Shown here piece by piece: positions 44,984 to 57,466 of a stretch of 64,000 nt of DNA. The stretch lies in contig MU054323.1 of the NCBI GenBank assembly GCA_013239625.1, positions 17,364,029 to 17,428,028 on the forward strand. The letters are read 5' to 3'. How positions within the stretch are numbered: the stretch's first letter is position 1; every line of letters starts with the position of its first letter. A program made the translations under genes and the position numbers. Below the pieces are notes generated by a model. That model did not search any database. It was not told the DNA's origin and was given only the letters and a program-made list of their open reading frames with translations. The stretch comes from Lama guanicoe (lineage: Eukaryota).

Positions 44984-47900
44984 GAGGAGAGAGGACAAGA
45001 TAGCAAACTAGAAACACCCTGAGCTTCCTTCCTCTCATGAGCACACTAAAATCACAACTATCTGTAGAACCACTACTGATGAAAAAGACTAGAACCTACC
45101 AGAAAAGATCTTCTACAAATAAAGGCATAAAGGAGGATCCAGAATGAGACTGGTAGGAGGGGCAGACTTGCAATATAATCAAATCCCATACTCTCCCAGA
45201 ATGGGTGATCCACAACCTAAGTAAAGCATATTCATATTAGAGAGGTTCTCCCACAGGAGTGTAAGTTCTGAACCCCATGTCCGGCTCCCCAGCCGGGGGA
45301 TCCGGCACTGGAAAGATGAGCCCCCAGAGAATTTGGCTTTGAAGACCAGTGGGACTTAACTGCAGGAGCCCCACAAGACTGGGGGAAATAGAGATTTCAC
45401 GCTTAAGGGCACACACAAAATCTCATGTGTACCAGGACCCTGGTCAAAAGCAGTAATTTGATAGGATCCTAGGCCTGATCCACCTGCTGTACGTGGCGTC
45501 TCCTGAAGAAGCAGGGGCTGGCAAAGGCTCATCCTAGGAACACAGACACTGGTGGCAGACATAATGGGGAACATTTAATCATATGAACTCTCCTGGTGGC
45601 TGTCATATTGGTTCAAAAGCACCAAGCCCTGGCCTAACCCAATAGCCTGTAAGCTCCAGTGGCTGGGATGCCTCAGGTCAAATAACTAACTGGGTAGGGA
45701 CATAGCACCGCCCATCAACAAACAGACTCCTAAAGACTTCCTGAGCCTACAACCGATTCTAGACATGCCCCTAGACCTGGCCCTCCCATCAGAGGGCCAA
45801 GATACAGCTTCACACACCATAGGGCAGGTACCAGTCCCGCCTCCCAGGAAGCCTGCACAAGCCTCTAGACTAGCCTAACCCACTGAGGGGCAGACACCAG
45901 TTGCAAGAAAACTACAATCTTGTAATGCAGGCCAGACCCTACCCTGGGACCAGTTGGGCCCTGGCCCAGCCCATTAGTAGGCCAACACACCCCAGATCCC
46001 ATTCCCAACTGTCAGGAATTGCTCCCTCCTCCTCCTCTCTGCCCAAATGACCTAAAACATAAGCTGGGATCCCTGGACCCTGCAGCCAGACTCCAGGAAC
46101 CAGCTCTGCCTGCCTAACGCTAGGATCTGGCTTCACCTTCCCGTCAGGGGGCAACAGCTCCAGAATCTTCAGGACTCTGTCTCCACCCACCAGTGAGACA
46201 GCACTAGCTCCAGGACCCCCTAGGGTTCCATAAACAGGTCACACTAGAGAACAGCCAGCAGCACAAGGCAGGGCCTGGCAACCTACCAGACCGCCAACAT
46301 AGTCAGCCTGCTATAACAGAAGGACCCACGTAGCCCTCTTAGGGGAATGTCTATAAAATATAGCATGGGTGATGAGAGGAGATTGCAATGCCAGGATGTA
46401 TAAGACATCTCCCATAGAAGGCTACCCCTCCCAGGTTAAGAAATGTCTAACCTACCACATACATAAAAATACAAATAGCAATACACACAAAACCAGGCAG
46501 CAGAGGAGTATCTTCCAGACAAAAGAACAAGATAAAACCCCAGAAAAACTAAGTGGAGATAGGTAAAATCTACCCGAGAAAGAGTTCAGAGTAATAATCA
46601 TAAAGATAATCAAAGAAATCAGGAGGAGAATGGATGTAAAGAGCAAGAAGAAGTTTTTAACAAAGTTAGAAAATATAAAGAACAACCAAACAGAGCTGAA
46701 GAATACAATAGCTAAAATGAAAAGTATACGAGAAGGATCAATAGTAGACTAAATGATACAGAAGAGCGAATCAGTGAGTTGGAAGACAGAGCAGTGGAAA
46801 TCACTTCTGTTGAAAAGAAAAAAGAAAACAGAATGAAAATAAATGAGGACAATTTAAGAGACTTCTGGGACAACATCAAGCACACTAATATTCACATTAT
46901 AGGGGTTCTGGAAGGTTAAGACAGAGAGAGAAAGGGTCTGAGAAAATATTTAAAGATATAATAGCTAAAACTTCCCTAATCTGGGAAGGTAAACAGTCAC
47001 CCAAGTCCAGGATGCACAAAGTCTCATACAGGATTAAAACTGAGGAACACACTAAGATACAAGGGAACTCTCATAAGGCTATCAGCTTATTTTTCAGCAG
47101 AAACTCCAAAGGCTAGAAGGGAGTGGCATGATATATTTAAAATAATGAAAGGGAAAAACCTATAACCAAGAATACTCTACCCAGTAAGGCTCTCATTCAG
47201 ATTTGATGGAGGAATCAAAAGATTTACAGACAAGCAAAAGCTGTAAGAATTCAGTACCACCAAACCAACTTGACAACAGATGCTAAAGGAACTTCTCTAG
47301 GCAGAAAAGAAAAGGCTTTATGTAGAAACAAAATTACAAGACAGAAAAGCTCACCAGTAAAGGCAAGCATACAGTAAAGGAAGGCAATTATCCACACACA
47401 AACTATTAGAGAAGTTAAAAGACAAAATTAGTAAAATTATCTGTATCCACAATAAGCAGTTAAGTGATACTCGAAACAATTAGATGTAAACTATGATATC
47501 AAAAACAGTAATCTTGAGAGGAGAAAAGTACAAATGCAGGGTATCTAAAATGCATTTGAAATTAAGAGATCAGTAACTTAAAACAATCATATATATATAA
47601 CATATATATAGACTGTTACACAAAAACCTCATGGTAACCACAAACCAAAAATCTGTAATAGATAGACAAAGAAAAAGGAAAAGGAATCTAAATATAATAC
47701 TAAAGATAGTCATCAAATTACAAGAGAATAAAAGAAAGGGGGGGGAAAGACCTACAAAAACAAATCCAAAACAATTACAAAATGGCAAAAAGAATATACA
47801 TATGGATAACTACCTCAAATGTAAAAAGAATAAATGCTTCAATCAAAAGACAGACTGGCTGAATGGATACAAAAACAATATTTATATATATGCTGCCTAC

Positions 47901-50900
47901 AAGAGACTCACTTCAGATCTAGAGATACATACAGACTGAAAAGAGGGGATGAAAAAAAGTTATTCCACATAAATGGAAATCAAAAGAAAGCCAGAGTAGC
48001 AATACTTATAACAGACAAAATAGACTTTAAAATGAAGACTGTTACAAGAGACAAAGGACTACATAATGATCAAGGGATCAATTCAAGAAGATATAACAAC
48101 TGTTAAAATATTTCACCTAACACAGGAGCACCTCAGTATATAAGGCAAATACTAACAGACATAAAAGGAGAAATCAACAGTAACTCAATAGCAGCAGTGG
48201 ACTTTAAAACTCCACTTACATCAATGGACATGATCATCCAGACAGCAAATCAGTAAGAAAACAAAAGCCTTAAATAGCATATTAGACCAAATAGTCTTAA
48301 TTGGTATTTATAGAGCATTCCATCTGAAAGCTATAGAATACACATTCTTATCAACTGCACATGGAACGTTCTCCAGGATAATCACATGCTATGCCACAAT
48401 ACAAATTTAAGAAAACTGAAATCACATCAAGCATCTTTTCCAACCACAATGCTATGAGATTAGAAATTAACTCCAAAAAAAAAGCTGCAAAAACCAAAAA
48501 CATGTGGAGGCTAAACAATATGTTACTAAATAACCAATGGACCACTGAAGAAATCAATGAGGAAATCAAAAAATACCTAAAGATAAATGAAAAATTAAAG
48601 CATGACAATCCAAAACCTATGGGACACAGCAAAAGCAGTACTAAGAGGGAAGTTTATAGCGATAGAAGGAATCTTGTTACTTCAGGAAAACAAGAAAAAT
48701 CTCAAATAAATAACCTAACCTTACACTTAAAAAAACTAGAGAAAGAAGAATAAACAAAACCCAAAGCTAGTAGAAGGAAAATCACAAAGATCAGAGTAGA
48801 AATAAAATAAGAGACTAAAAAAACCAAACCAACAGAAGATCAATGAAACAAAATGCTGATTCTTTGAAATGATAAACAAAACTGATAAACCTTTAGCAAG
48901 ACTCATCAAGAAAAAAAAGGGAGAGGATCCAAATCAATAAAATAAGAAAGGAGAAAGGAGAAGTTACAATTGACACAAAGGAAATACAAAGGATCATAAA
49001 ATACTACTGTGAGCAAGTACAGACAAATAAAATGGACAACATAAGAAAAAAATGGGCAAATTCTTAGAAAGGTACAATCTCCCATGACTGAACCAGGAAG
49101 AAATAAAAAATATGAACAGACCAATTACCAGTACTGAAACTGAATCAATAATTTTAAAACTCCCTTGTGCTCTACACTGGAATTTGACACAACATTGTAA
49201 AATGATTATAAATCAATAAAAAATGTTCAAAACAAAACAAAACAAAATAAATAATTTTAAAACTCCCAACAAACAAAAGTCCAGGACCAGATGGCTTCAA
49301 ATGTTTGAATTCTACCAAACATTTAAAGAAGAGTTAACACCTATCTATCTGAAACTATTCCAAAACACTGCAGAGAAAGAAACACTTTCAAACATTCTAT
49401 GAAGCCACCATCACCCTGATACCAAAACCAGACAAAGATATCACAAGAAAACAAAATTACAGGCCAACATCACTGATGAACATACATGCAAAAATCCTCA
49501 AAAAATATTAGCAACCTGTTGCCGACCATACATTAAAAGGATCGTACACCATAATCAAGTGGGATTTAACCCACAGATGCGTGGATTTTTCAATATCTGC
49601 AAATTAATCAGTGTGATACACTACATTAACAAATTAAAGAATAAAAACCATATGATCATCTCAATAGATGCAGAAAAAGCTGACAAAATTCAACATCTAT
49701 TTATGATGAAAATGTTCCTGAAAGTGGGCACAGAGGGAGCATTTCACAACATAATAAAGGCCATATATGACAAACCCACAGCAAACCTCAGACTCAATGA
49801 TGAAAAGGTGAAAGCATTTCCTAAGATCGGGAACAAGACAAGGATGCCCACTCTCACCACTTTTATTCAACATAGTTTTGGAAGTCCTAGCCAAAGCAAT
49901 CAGAGGAGAAAAAGAAATAAAAGGAATCCAAATCGGAAAGGAAGAAGTAAACCTATCACTATTTGCAGATGACATGATTCATGAAAATCCTAAAGATGCC
50001 ACTGGAAGACTACCAGAGTTCATCAATGAATTCAGTAAAGATGCAGGATGCAAAATTAATACACAGAAATCTGTTGCACTTCTATACACTAACAACAAAC
50101 TAGCAGAGAGAAATGAAGAAAACAATGCCATTTACCATTACATCAAAAAGAGTAACATACCTTGGAATAAACCTACTTTTGGAGGTAAAACATCTATACT
50201 ATGAAAACTGTAAGACACTGATCAAAGAAACTGAAGACAACACAAACAGATGGAAAGATACACCATGCTCTTAGACTGGAAGAATTAATATTGTTAAAAC
50301 CCGTATTACCCAAGGCAATCTACAGATTCAATGCAATCCCTATCAAGTTACCAATGGTATTTTTCACAGAACTAGACCAAATAATTAAAAAATCTACACA
50401 GGAACACAAAAGACCCCGAACACCCAAAGTAATCTTGAGAAAGAAGAACAGAGCTGGAAGAATCACACTCCCTGATTTCAGACTATTCTATAAAGCTACT
50501 ATAAAGCGACAATCATCAAAACAATATGGTACTGGCACAAAAACAGATCAATGGAACAGAACAGAAAGCCCAGAAATAAATCTATGCACTTATAGTCAAT
50601 TAATCTACGACAAAGGAGGCAAGAATATACAATGCAGAAAAGACAGTCTCTTCAATAAGTGGTGCTAGGAAAACTGGACAGCTACCTGTGAAGAATGATA
50701 TCACAACATTTTCTAACACCATATAAAAAATAAACTCAAAATGGATTAAAGAGCAAAGTTTAATACTGGATACTATAAAATTCCTAGAGGAAAGCACAGG
50801 CAGAACACTGACATAAACTGCAACAATATTTTTTTTGTCTGTATCCTAGAGTAAAGGAAACAAAAATAAAAATCAAAAATGGGATCTAATTAAACTTAAA

Positions 50901-52003
50901 GGCTTTTGCATAGCAAAAGAAACCACTGACAAAAAGAAAAGATAACCTATGAAATGGGAGAAAATATTTGCAAATGATGTGATTGACAAGGGATTCATTT
51001 CCAAAATATACAGACAGCTCATACAATTCAATATCAAAAGAATAAACAATTCAATCAAAAAATGGGCAGGTAGACCTAAACAGACACTTCTCCAAAGAAG
51101 ACATACAGATGGCCAAAAAGCACGTGAAAAGATGCTCAGCATCACTAATTATTAGAGAAATGCAAATCAAAACCACAATGAGGTATCACCTCACACCAGT
51201 CAGAATTGCTGTCATCAAAAAGTCTACAAATAATAAATGCTGGAGAGAGTATAGAGAAAAGGGAACCCTCTTGCACTGTTGGTGGGAATATAAATTGGTG
51301 CAGTCACTATGGAGAACAGTATGGACGTTCCTTAAAAAACTAAAAATAAAATTACCACATGATCCAGCAATCTCACTCCTGGGCATATATCCAGAAAAGA
51401 TAAAAACTTTAATTCAAGAAGATACATGCACCCCAATGTTCACAGCAGCACTATTTAAAATAGCCAAGACATGGAAACAACCTACATGTCCATCAACAGA
51501 TAAATAAAGAAGATGTGATGTATACAATGGAATATTACTCAGCCATAAAAAGAACGAAATACTGCCATTTGCAGCAACATGCACGAATCTATAGATTATA
51601 CTAAGTAAGTTGGGCAGAGAAAGACAAATATCATACGATATCACATAAATGTGCAAATCTAAAAATACAATAAAAATGAGCTTACTTACAAAACTGAAAC
51701 ACACTCACAGACAGAAAACAAACCTATGATGACAAAGGGGAAAGGGAAGGGGAGGGATAAATTTACTAATTTATTTATTATTTACTACAGTAGTAGTTAG
51801 ATACACACTACTATATATATATAAAACAGATAAACAACAAGGACCTACTATATAGCATAGGGAACTATATTCAATATTTTGTAATAAGTATAATGTAAAA
51901 GAATAGCAAAGGAAAACATATATATAACTGAATCACTCTGCTATATACCTGAAACTAAGATAACACTGTAAATCAACTATACTTCAATTAAAAATATTTT
52001 TTA
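44984..52003 (+). mobile_element. Full-length, inactivated LINE-1 (5' UTR, disrupted ORF1 ~46480-47310, disrupted ORF2 ~47780-51665, 3' UTR), antisense to SOS1
   Basis: 5' start gaggagagaggacaagatagc. ORF-track fragments match ORF2 EN (CCLQETH), RT (LFADDMI) and the C-terminal CCHC. Perfect 13-bp TSD aaagtctattact at 44971-44983 and 52004-52016. Confidence 0.95.
49165..49249 (+). mobile_element. 85-bp young L1 3' tail nested in ORF2 of the full-length L1
   Basis: Same sequence family as ~31842-31900, (caaaa)n tail, perfect 18-bp TSD aataattttaaaactccc at 49147-49164 and 49250-49267. Confidence 0.9.
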
Positions 52004-53359
52004 AAAGTCTATTACTCTGTCACTTTCAAGACCAATAATTTTGTTTGTCTGAAATAGAGAAACTTCATCTTGATAAATCATTTAGTGGCTTTGGGAAAGA
52101 TACAGAACTAGGTTTGAGATTCTGCTCTGTCTCTTATTAGCAGAACTTTGTCTTTTCCTTTACATAATAAAGGTGTCTAAATAGATAATCCTAAAGATCA
52201 ATTCCGATACAAATATTCTAGGATCTATGAAAATTCCTATATATGTACATCAGTGCAAATATTCAGACTCACCGGTACTTTTGAAGAGCTACTACTAATA
52301 ACAAAGCCTTAGGATGTGTGGCCAGATTTTTTTTTTTCTGTCTAGAAAGGCAGAAAATACGGAGACATTACTTGGGAAATATACGTGTGAATAGCACTTA
52401 TTAGAAATTACAAAAATTCTTTGGAATGTAAAGGAAAATGGAAAAAATTTAAAGAAAAAATGAATGGAAAAGGAAGGCAAATTTTTAAAATTTAAGGATA
52501 CAGCTCACATGTATAATAAGATTAAGGAGTCCATGAAACCCTGAGTTAAACAAGGGGAAAAATGTACTGCTGTCCTGAAAATGAAAGTTCGTTAAATACA
52601 GTACACACGGGCCAGAAAAGGAAACAGGAAAAGAAAGAAATTACAAATGGAAATCAGTTTAGTCAACCAGAGAGAAATAAAAAACAAGGAGAATTATGAA
52701 ATAACAAGATTTAGGAAATTAAAGAACATACTTTACCAGGGACATAATCATAGAAAAAAAATACTGTTAGTTTTACTTCTACTTTCTAAAAAGATTAAAT
52801 ACAGAAAATGAGAGGGAGAATAAACCAGACTGGAACAATTTTTATATACTATCTTTTAAAAGAAATTACTTTGAAAAGATAGGACCAAATAACATATATT
52901 CCTCTTTTGCATTCCCAGAGCATTTATATACTCCTTATTTATCTGGAACACTGCCTGACAAACAGTGGATTCTTGAATATTGATGGCATGGATTAGTTAA
53001 TATCAGCTACATCAATAAAACAAAATCCCATTCATTTAAATTATGATAGTTCATAGTTTGTGATGATTTGTAGTACAATTTATCAAAACTTTAAATTGAC
53101 ATGAGCAAGATTATAATTATGTATGTAATTCATTAGTTTCTAAGCACTTTTGAAGTTTCTATTCTCCTAAAATTATAGGGCAACTGAAAATCACTTTTAG
53201 GTTTTTACTAAAACAAATTCCCTAGGGGCTGAATATGAAGCAGGAATTGCCACCCTATGAATTATGCTTATACTTTAAAGTAATCAAAATGTATTCTTTA
53301 GAAATAAAATTCACATATTCCACTCAATCAGACTGATCTATTTCTTAAAGTACATTTTT

Positions 53360-53831
53360 AAAAATTGAAGTATATACAGTTACAATGTGTCAATTTCTGG
53401 TATACGGCACAATGTCCCAGTCATGCATATACATACACACATCTGTTTTCATGTTCTTTTTCATTGAAGTTTATTATAAGATATTAAATATAGTTCCCTG
53501 TGCTATGCAGAAGAAACTTGTTTCAGTTTTTTTTTTAACCTATTTTTATATATAGTGGCTAACATTTGCAAATCTCAAACTCCCAAATTTGTCCCTTCCC
53601 ACCTCCTTTTCCCTGGTAATCATAAGATTGTTTACTATGTCTGCAAGTCTGTTTCTGTTTTGTAGATGAGTTCATTAGAGTCCTCTTTTTTTCTTTTTTT
53701 TAGATTCCATATATGAGTGATATTATATGGTATTTTTCTTTCTGGCTTACTTCACTTAGAATGACAATCTCTAGGTCCATCCATGTTGCTCTGCAAATGG
53801 CATGATTTTATTCTTTTTTATCGCTGAGAAG
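53360..53831 (-). mobile_element. 5'-truncated L1 (ORF2 end + 3' UTR)
   Basis: L1 3' motifs (tatagttccctgtgctat; tggcttacttcacttagaatgacaatctctaggtccatccatgttgct), TSD tt(a/g)aagtacattttt at 53345-53359 and 53832-53846. Confidence 0.88.
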
Positions 53832-55338
53832 TTGAAGTACATTTTTTATATGGCCTTCAATTTTTTTTTAATTTTGATGAATTATTTCTTACCTCAAAAT
53901 TTATTTGAAGGGCTTGCTAAATTCATGGCTCTTACTATTTTTAAAAAACTCCATAAATATATTTTAAAAATTAAAAAATTATTTCCTGATAAAAGAATCT
54001 AAGACACCATTATTTTCATTTGGATATTGCCATTATCTTCATATTCTTAAATAAATACCCTTCCAGGAATGGTACAGCAAGAAGGGTATTTGACTATTGA
54101 CTGGAAAAGACCTAGATTTCCATCTTTAAAAAATCTTTTCTACCATTCTGAAGATTGTCTAATATATAAAACAAGGAGAACAATAATTACTCCACAGGGT
54201 TGTTATAAGAACATAAAAATGTATATAACAGTACCTTGAAAATAGAAAGCTTATTACACAGTTGATTGCTCTTTCTACTACTGTCATATATTCTCTTCCA
54301 AAAAACCACTCCCAACCATAAAATAAGCTCACTGAAATATCACATGCTATATATATTTTAAAGTTTAAGATTAAGTGCTTAAAAATTACAAGACAGGGCA
54401 TAGGGTAAATATCTTCGATATCATATCTCAGAAGTTTTCTAAATGAGTACTAAAAAGCTATTTCTTTCTCCTTTTCCAGTTTTACTAGGTAGAATTATTA
54501 CAGTTCGAATGCACATACACATTATATTGCATGTAAATACATATATACAGTATACTGCATTTTTTTAGTTTACATATATGTACTAATTATTGTTTCTAAG
54601 AACAGATTAGATCTTTAGCTTCTAAAAAGCTATTTTAAAAACAGGTACAAAATACCCTTTATTATTTAGAGTCTTGAGTACCTACACATTGATGAAATGT
54701 GTGCAAGTGGAAGACTGAGAGACATTAATAATTTTTGAGAATTCATGAAGAGCTTCAATACTGGAAAATTATATATTAGTTTCTATATTTTAAAAAGGAG
54801 GAAGTTAGATAAACATAAATATAGTACAACATATTTGGAAAGAGCTGAATTCGAGTTTGCAGTGTTACCAAACTAGCAAATTCCTGGTATGTAACAACAT
54901 CAGAATGATGACGAGATCTGTAACCACAGTCTAATACACTAGGCATAGAATTGAATGCTGCATTTTATAAATACCGCGAGAGACCCTAACCAGGGTCCAA
55001 ATGATCAAATGGAGTTGCTAATGAGGAGAGTCAGGTAACCATTTCTATCCAAGATCTCTACAAAAGCCCAACATAGCAGGTGCCTAAAGGAAATTATGAA
55101 TAAAAGTTATGTGACCTTATACTTCAATTGAAAAATGGGGCTAAAATGTATAAATCTACTTTGAATTACTTAAGAAATCAAAGTGAATTCCACAGACCAC
55201 AATCTCTTCTACATCCACAACCTCTGTAACTCAGTGTTCCTTAATATTTCTTTGCCTCAACTGAAATCTGGACCTCCTCTAAGACTTCTAGAACAGGAAC
55301 TGTCCTTGTACCAAAACCTATATAATCTTCCACTCCCC

Positions 55339-55524
55339 AAGTTTATTATAAGATATTAAATATAGTTCCCTGTGCTATAGAGAAGAAACTCATTTTGGTT
55401 TTTTTTTTTAACCTATTTTTATATATAGCGGCTAACATTTGCAAATCTCAAACTCCCAAATTTGTCCCTTCCCACCTCCTTTTCCCTGGTAACCATAAGA
55501 TTGTTTACTATGTCTGCAAGTCTG
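55339..55524 (-). repeat. ~95% identical copy of internal segment 53467-53651 of the neighbouring L1
   Basis: Manual alignment gives about 8 substitutions and 1 indel in ~185 bp. Confidence 0.9.
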
Positions 55525-55879
55525 CTCTTGGAATATCATTCTTCCACTCTCACATAAAGTCCTGCCATCACCCTGTGTGACTTTATTGTTTAAATTAAGG
55601 ATACATAAAATACCCTGACCTCTTAATTCCTGGAACACTTCATTATTGGGACCTTCATGTCTAGTCTAGCCACCACCATATGGCTACATCCTGCTTTCTA
55701 ACTGTGTTACTTCAGAAATCTTGAATTCTAACAACTCTATCTCTGATCTCAATCTGTTCTTCTATTTTTCTCACTCAGGTATTTTAGTGTTACCAGTTCT
55801 TTCACCTTACTGGGAAATCCAATACTACCATGGTTCCCTTCATATTTTCCCAATCTACCTGCCCTCTCCTACCTGGCAG

Positions 55880-56155
55880 GACAGTTTAGTGGAATGTATG
55901 CCTAGAAAGCTTAGACTTTCTGGGTTAGAGTCTTGGCTTCACTACTTATCAGCTGAAACCATGGGCAACTTATTTAACCTCTCTCTGCTTCAGTTTCCAT
56001 ATTTATTCATTCAAGGTAACATTTCCTGAGTGCCTTCTCAGTGCCAGACATTGTTTCAAGTGCTGGGGATTTGGTAGCGAACAACATCTTATATTCTAAT
56101 AAAGGGGGAAAAAGCACCATCTTCACAGGGTTATCAAAAACTTTAAATGAAATAT
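55880..56155 (+). mobile_element. MIR interrupted by a short L2 3' fragment
   Basis: MIR core gggcaacttatttaacctctctctgcttcagtttcc. Reverse L2 end (ttcattcaagg...gtgccagacattg...gctggggat) at ~56005-56090. Confidence 0.6.
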
Positions 56156-57337
56156 AAACATAGATCTGTTTAGACCAGTTGATGGTATTATAGCAAGCTC
56201 TCAAATTTCAGCTGTTACTAAATTTCACTTTTTTTCTTTATACAATTTAGATTCTCTGATGCTCTTTTCAGTTGAGCTTCCTATTGGATAACTATGTATC
56301 AATCCTTCACCCCCCAGTGGAACAGAAAAGGTCCTGGGGCAGATACAGATACACCTCCTCCCCAGTCACTGTGTACCACAAAATCACTATTATATTCTAG
56401 TGTGCTGTCTCCTGAAAAGGGTTGTAAAGCACTGCTATTACCAATTTCCACAATTCCCTAGCCCTACTGTTCTGCTCTTGTAAATCTATGGTGAAATACC
56501 ATTCAACTCAACAATCTTTTTTGTACCCACACTTGAGTACTAGAAAAGAAATGTCACAGAAATTCAAAGATTTGTACACTATACATTCGAGGTCATTAAA
56601 GTCAAATGATCATCAATGGCAGAAAATTTTTATATTTCCAGCTCTATCTCCCATTTTCTATAGCTGGCACTTCAAATCTTCTTTCCTCTCCTCTCAAATG
56701 TGACTCCTTCGGAATTCATCTTAGATGGCTCTTCCTGAGAAGTTAACCTTAAGCTCCAAAGCTTGTATTATATTAGATTGACCCTTTTATGGTTTCCCAC
56801 AGACGCCTTCCTCACAATACATCACTTTATCTTACTGTCCATATATCTGTCTGTATCTCCACTAATCTATAAGCCCCAAAAAGACAGGAGCCATGCCATC
56901 TTTATAACAGAACTTCCCAGATTTTTAGATGTTTCCTTCCCTTCTGATTGATAGGAAGGGGTTCACTTATACCTAAAATACAAGTAACAACTGAAGATCA
57001 ATGGATTAATTGAAATATTTAAAAGAATTGACAGCTGGCTTTAAAAAATAAAAGAAACACTTGGACATATTCCACCCTTAAGGGTTTGAGTATATTTGTC
57101 ATTCTAGCATCAAGAAGTAGTATTCAGAGGCCCAAAAAGTTCATTTTAGATTAAAAGCAAAACATGGAATAGTCTGACAGCTAAAACATATACAAGCTAT
57201 CATACACCCAATATAAAGGTAAAATCCAGTCTTCATTTTTTAAATGCCTATATATTTTGTAGAACTGAAGAGCAAACTCTTCCCCTCCTCCACTGACATT
57301 ACAATAAACACAGAGCAGCTCAAGGCAAAATTTATCA

Positions 57338-57466
<129 letters not shown>

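Noticed and set aside
45356..51704. Numerous 60-137 aa ORFs on both strands
   Set aside because: They are fragments or antisense shadows of the disrupted L1, not independent genes.
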